Positions 60,697 to 64,000 of a stretch of DNA of 64,000 nt are shown here, piece after piece. This DNA is from an uncultured Rhodothermaceae bacterium (GTDB lineage Bacteria > Bacteroidota > Rhodothermia > Rhodothermales > ISCAR-4553). The translations under genes were made by a program, and so were the position numbers. The stretch lies in contig CAZKFR010000002.1 of assembly GCA_964552015.1 (NCBI GenBank), positions 25,931 to 89,930 of the forward strand, written 5' to 3'. The notes under the pieces were generated by a model that saw only the letters and a list, made by a program, of their open reading frames with translations, was not told where the DNA came from and did no database searches. Numbering within the stretch: the first letter of the stretch is position 1; every line of letters begins with the position of its first letter.

Positions 60697-62487
60697 GTGG
60701 GTCTCGCTTCTCGATATGGATGGTGCCGATGGGGGGTGGCAGGGCTCCTGGCCCTGGGACTGGTGTCCGCCGTGCGGGGGCAGCCCTTGCCGCAGGGGGC
60801 CGAGCCGGTGGCCGAGGTGGTATGGCACCTGATCGTGGACGGTGAGGTCCGGCCCTGGCCGCTGGCGCGCCCCTACCCCCTGGACAGCCTGGACGTCGCC
60901 ACCCGGGCGCTGCTCGAACACCTGCGTCGTGAGGGCTACTACGACGCCGTGCTGGACTCGGTACGGGTGGAGGCCGAGCGCCAGCCCCCGGAGGTACGCC
61001 TGTACGTGCGTCCGGGCTCCCGGTACGTCGTCGGGCGGGTCCGCCTGCGGGGCATGACCGTGTTCGACTCGGTGGCCGTACGCGATGCGATGGTGACGCG
61101 GCCCGGGCGGCCGCTGGACCCCGACCGGCTGGCTGCCGACCTCGATGCGCTCCTCCAGCGCTATGAGGCGGCCGGCTATCCGCTCGTAGCCATTCGCCTT
61201 GCCGGGCTGGAGCGGCTTCCCGGGGATTCGACCCGCCTGGACCTGCTCCTGCAGGTGGAGGAAGGGCGCACGCTGGTGCTGGGCGGGGTGGAGTTGCCCG
61301 GTGCCCGGCGGACCCGAGCGTCGTACGTGGCGCGCCTGGCGGGATGGCGTACGGGGCGCCCGCTCCAGAGCTACGACCCCGTCGCCCTCCGGGAACGCCT
61401 CGAAGAGACGGGGTTCTTCGAGGAGGTAGGGACGCCCGAACTGGTCGTGTTGCCCGGGGACACGGTCGTGGTGCGCCTGCCCGTGCGTGAGGCGGCGCCG
61501 GGCTCGTTTGACCTCGTGCTGGGGTACCTGCCCGCCGGCGGGGCGGGGCGCTCCGGCAGCCTGGTCGGCAGCGGTCATCTGGTGTTGCGTCACCTGCTCG
61601 GTGCCGGACGGACGGCCTCCCTCAAACTCAACCGCCTTCCCGGACAGGTCAGCAGCGTGGACGTACGGGTGGCCGACCCCTTCCTGTTCGGCCTTCCGTT
61701 CACGGGCGAGGGGGCTTTTCAGGGGCTCCAGCAAGATTCGACCTATGGCAAACAGCAGTACCGGGCGAGTGTGGGGTACCATTTCGGTGGTGGGCTGATG
61801 CTGCTGGCGACGTTCATCCGCGAGAACACGGCACCGGGGCAGGCCGGGCTGCGTCTGCGGGCGGGGCGGCAACGCATCCCCCGGTCGGATGCCGTCTTTG
61901 CGGGGCTGGGGCTTCGCTACCGGCGGCTCGACCGGGGCGTCAACCCCCGGCGCGGCTTCTTCGTCGAGGTCAACCTGGAGCGGGGCCGTAAGCGCCGTAC
62001 GGCCACCGTCCTTACCGCCGAGGGCGATACGACGCGCGAGGTGACGGCGCTGCGCCAGGAGCGGCTTCAGGCCACCATCCGCCTGTTTGTCCCCACGCTC
62101 CGACGTCAGGTGCTGGCCCTGGGAGGCGAGGCCGCCGTGCTCGTGAGCAACGCCTATGACGAGAGCGACCTCTTTCGCTTTGGCGGGGCTACCTCGCTGC
62201 GGGGCTACGACGAAGAGCGCTTCCGCGGGCGCTTCGTTGCACGGGCGTTCGCCGAGTACCGCTACCAGATCGACCGTGCGTCGTTCGCCTACGTGTTCTT
62301 CGACCTGGGCTTCGTCGAGACGCCCGAGGTCGTGGGGCTGGCACCCGGGCATGGTTTCCATCCCGGCTACGGGGTGGGCCTCCAGTTCAGCACGCCCGTC
62401 GGGCTCGTCAACACCAGCTATGCCGTCAACCCCGATGACGGGCCCACGCGCGGGCGCATCCATGCCGGCCTCTCCTTCGGCCTCTGA
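60697..62487 (+). CDS. BamA/TamA-family outer-membrane protein (POTRA repeats plus Omp85 barrel)
   Basis: Signal-like GVAGLLALGLVSAVRGQ, POTRA-like repeats, the barrel motif SLRGYDEERFRG, and a C-terminal aromatic-rich strand ...HAGLSFGL. There is no in-frame ATG, so the start is GTG 60697 or GTG 60736. Confidence 0.75.
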   Translation: MGLASRYGWCRWGVAGLLALGLVSAVRGQPLPQGAEPVAEVVWHLIVDGEVRPWPLARPYPLDSLDVATRALLEHLRREGYYDAVLDSVRVEAERQPPEVRLYVRPGSRYVVGRVRLRGMTVFDSVAVRDAMVTRPGRPLDPDRLAADLDALLQRYEAAGYPLVAIRLAGLERLPGDSTRLDLLLQVEEGRTLVLGGVELPGARRTRASYVARLAGWRTGRPLQSYDPVALRERLEETGFFEEVGTPELVVLPGDTVVVRLPVREAAPGSFDLVLGYLPAGGAGRSGSLVGSGHLVLRHLLGAGRTASLKLNRLPGQVSSVDVRVADPFLFGLPFTGEGAFQGLQQDSTYGKQQYRASVGYHFGGGLMLLATFIRENTAPGQAGLRLRAGRQRIPRSDAVFAGLGLRYRRLDRGVNPRRGFFVEVNLERGRKRRTATVLTAEGDTTREVTALRQERLQATIRLFVPTLRRQVLALGGEAAVLVSNAYDESDLFRFGGATSLRGYDEERFRGRFVARAFAEYRYQIDRASFAYVFFDLGFVETPEVVGLAPGHGFHPGYGVGLQFSTPVGLVNTSYAVNPDDGPTRGRIHAGLSFGL

Positions 62488-62513
62488 CGGTGCGTACGGG
62501 GTCAGACCGTGCG

Positions 62514-63833
62514 TCAGAGGAGCGACACGAAGGCGGCGTCCTCGGCCTCCAGCGCGCCGTCCGGCGCGGGCGGGCCGAGACGTACGTCTTCCAGCCGGCC
62601 TACCCGTTCGGGGTCGTAGGGCCGGCGCACGCGGATGTAGTTGTCCGTGAAGCCGTACATCACCCCGTCTTTCTCATCGCCTTCCCACAGCACCGGGCGC
62701 GTGGTGCCGGCGTGATCCCTGTAGAACGCCGCGCGCTTCCGGTCGGAGAGCAGGCGCAGGACCCGGTTGCGGCGCGCCCGCTCGGCCTTCGGCACGGGCG
62801 CCCCGCCGACGCGCTCCGGCTGGTCCACGGCGACGGTGTGGGGGCGCTCGGAATAGGTGAAGACGTGCAGGTAGGAGACGGGCAGGTCCTGCAGGAACCG
62901 GCAGGTGTTCTCGAACCGCTCCGCCGACTCGGCCGGGAAGCCCACGATCACGTCGACCCCGATGCAGGCGTGTGGCAGGCGTTCCTTGATCCGCGCCACG
63001 CGACCGGCATAGACGTGGCGGCGGTAGCGCCGCCGCATCTTGCCCAGCACGTAATCGTCTCCACTCTGGAGGGGGATGTGGAAGTGAGGCTGGAACCGCT
63101 CGGAGGCGGCGACGAAGTCGATGATCTCGTCGGTGAGCAGGTTGGGTTCGATGGAGGAGATGCGGTAGCGGGCGATGCCCTCGACCCGGTCGAGGGCGCG
63201 GAGCAGATCCAGGAGCGTGTGTCCGTGCTCCTGGCCATAGAGGCCGATGTTGACCCCGCTGAGGACGATCTCCCGGAAGCCTTTCTCGGCGATGGCACGG
63301 GCCTGGGCGACCGTCGCTTCGAGCGGGTTGGAACGGCTGCGGCCCCGGGCCTGCGGGATGGTGCAGAACGCGCAGGTGTAGTCGCAGCCGTCCTGCACCT
63401 TCAGGAAGGCGCGGGTGCGTTCCCCGGCTGCGTAGGCCGGCCCGAACGCCTCCACCTCGTCGATGCACGAGACGGCCACCTGGGTCTGCTCCCGCTTCGA
63501 GAAATCCCCGAGCACGTCGAACAGGTGAAACTTTTCACGGGCGCCGAGGACGGCATCCACGCCGGGGAGGGCGGCGATCTCATCCGGGCGGAGCTGGGCG
63601 TAACAGCCGGTGACCAGGATGAAGGCCTCCGGATTGGCCCGGCGGGCCCGGCGGATCACCTGACGGCACTTCCGCTCGGCCTCCTCGGTGACGGTACAGG
63701 TGTTGATGACGGTCACGTCGGCTGCCTCGCCAAACGGCACGACCTCGAAGTCCCGCGCCTCGAAGTCGCGGGCCAGGGTACTCGTCTCGGCGTAGTTGAG
63801 CTTGCAACCCAGCGTATAGAACGAAACTTTCAC
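62514..63833 (-). CDS. mtaB: tRNA t6A37 methylthiotransferase MtaB
   Basis: VSFYTLGCKLNYAE (UPF0004), radical-SAM CDYTCAFC, and a TRAM-like C-terminus. I placed the start at GTG 63833. Confidence 0.9.
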   Translation of the reverse strand: MKVSFYTLGCKLNYAETSTLARDFEARDFEVVPFGEAADVTVINTCTVTEEAERKCRQVIRRARRANPEAFILVTGCYAQLRPDEIAALPGVDAVLGAREKFHLFDVLGDFSKREQTQVAVSCIDEVEAFGPAYAAGERTRAFLKVQDGCDYTCAFCTIPQARGRSRSNPLEATVAQARAIAEKGFREIVLSGVNIGLYGQEHGHTLLDLLRALDRVEGIARYRISSIEPNLLTDEIIDFVAASERFQPHFHIPLQSGDDYVLGKMRRRYRRHVYAGRVARIKERLPHACIGVDVIVGFPAESAERFENTCRFLQDLPVSYLHVFTYSERPHTVAVDQPERVGGAPVPKAERARRNRVLRLLSDRKRAAFYRDHAGTTRPVLWEGDEKDGVMYGFTDNYIRVRRPYDPERVGRLEDVRLGPPAPDGALEAEDAAFVSLL

Positions 63834-64000
63834 GGCACAACGTGGCAGGCGAGGAAGAAGGTGCAGTACCTTGAGGCACAAGAACGAAACGGCACCTCGT
63901 ACGTTTCAAACGCCGGGCCTACCGGCGTGAAAAGGCGTTGAACCCCGCACCCGTCCGGGTTTGCCACCGGTAGGTCAGGGCGGGCAGGTCCCGAAACGGG

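Overview
High-GC (roughly 65-70% by eye) bacterial chromosomal segment. Protein similarities and the nuoJKLM-nhaD-pcd-nuoN gene order point to Rhodothermus or a close Rhodothermaceae relative; this is from memory of the published R. marinus complex I locus and is not verified. About 50 protein genes are supportable. Housekeeping genes include carA/carB, folK, a deoxynucleoside kinase, the distal complex I genes, Fe/Mn superoxide dismutase, bcp, thiL, anmK, miaB, mtaB, nadE, lptE and a sigma-54 activator. They are interspersed with envelope and secreted proteins: a 1.4-kaa S8/FG-GAP/T9SS protease, M28 and zinc metalloproteases, an M61-like peptidase, two Omp85-type proteins, TonB, and GT2, GT4 and GT-C glycosyltransferases. 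There is also one large propeller-type hybrid histidine kinase. I recognised no rRNA, tRNA, CRISPR array, transposase or integrase. Many very long ORFs in the track are antisense shadows of real genes, as expected at this GC content. The observations most worth a second look are these. (1) A HepT/MntA toxin-antitoxin cassette sits between two direct repeats that are both copies of the carB 3' end, an insertion scar with no recombinase in view. (2) An intrinsic terminator with a U9 tract lies inside an upstream ORF that ends in an ATGA overlap with the carA start, resembling pyrBI-type attenuation. (3) A DUF5706 (Pycsar-effector-like) membrane protein is tightly coupled to an MBL-fold hydrolase, with no cyclase nearby. 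I cannot show that any of these is a new system; they are hypotheses with stated tests.
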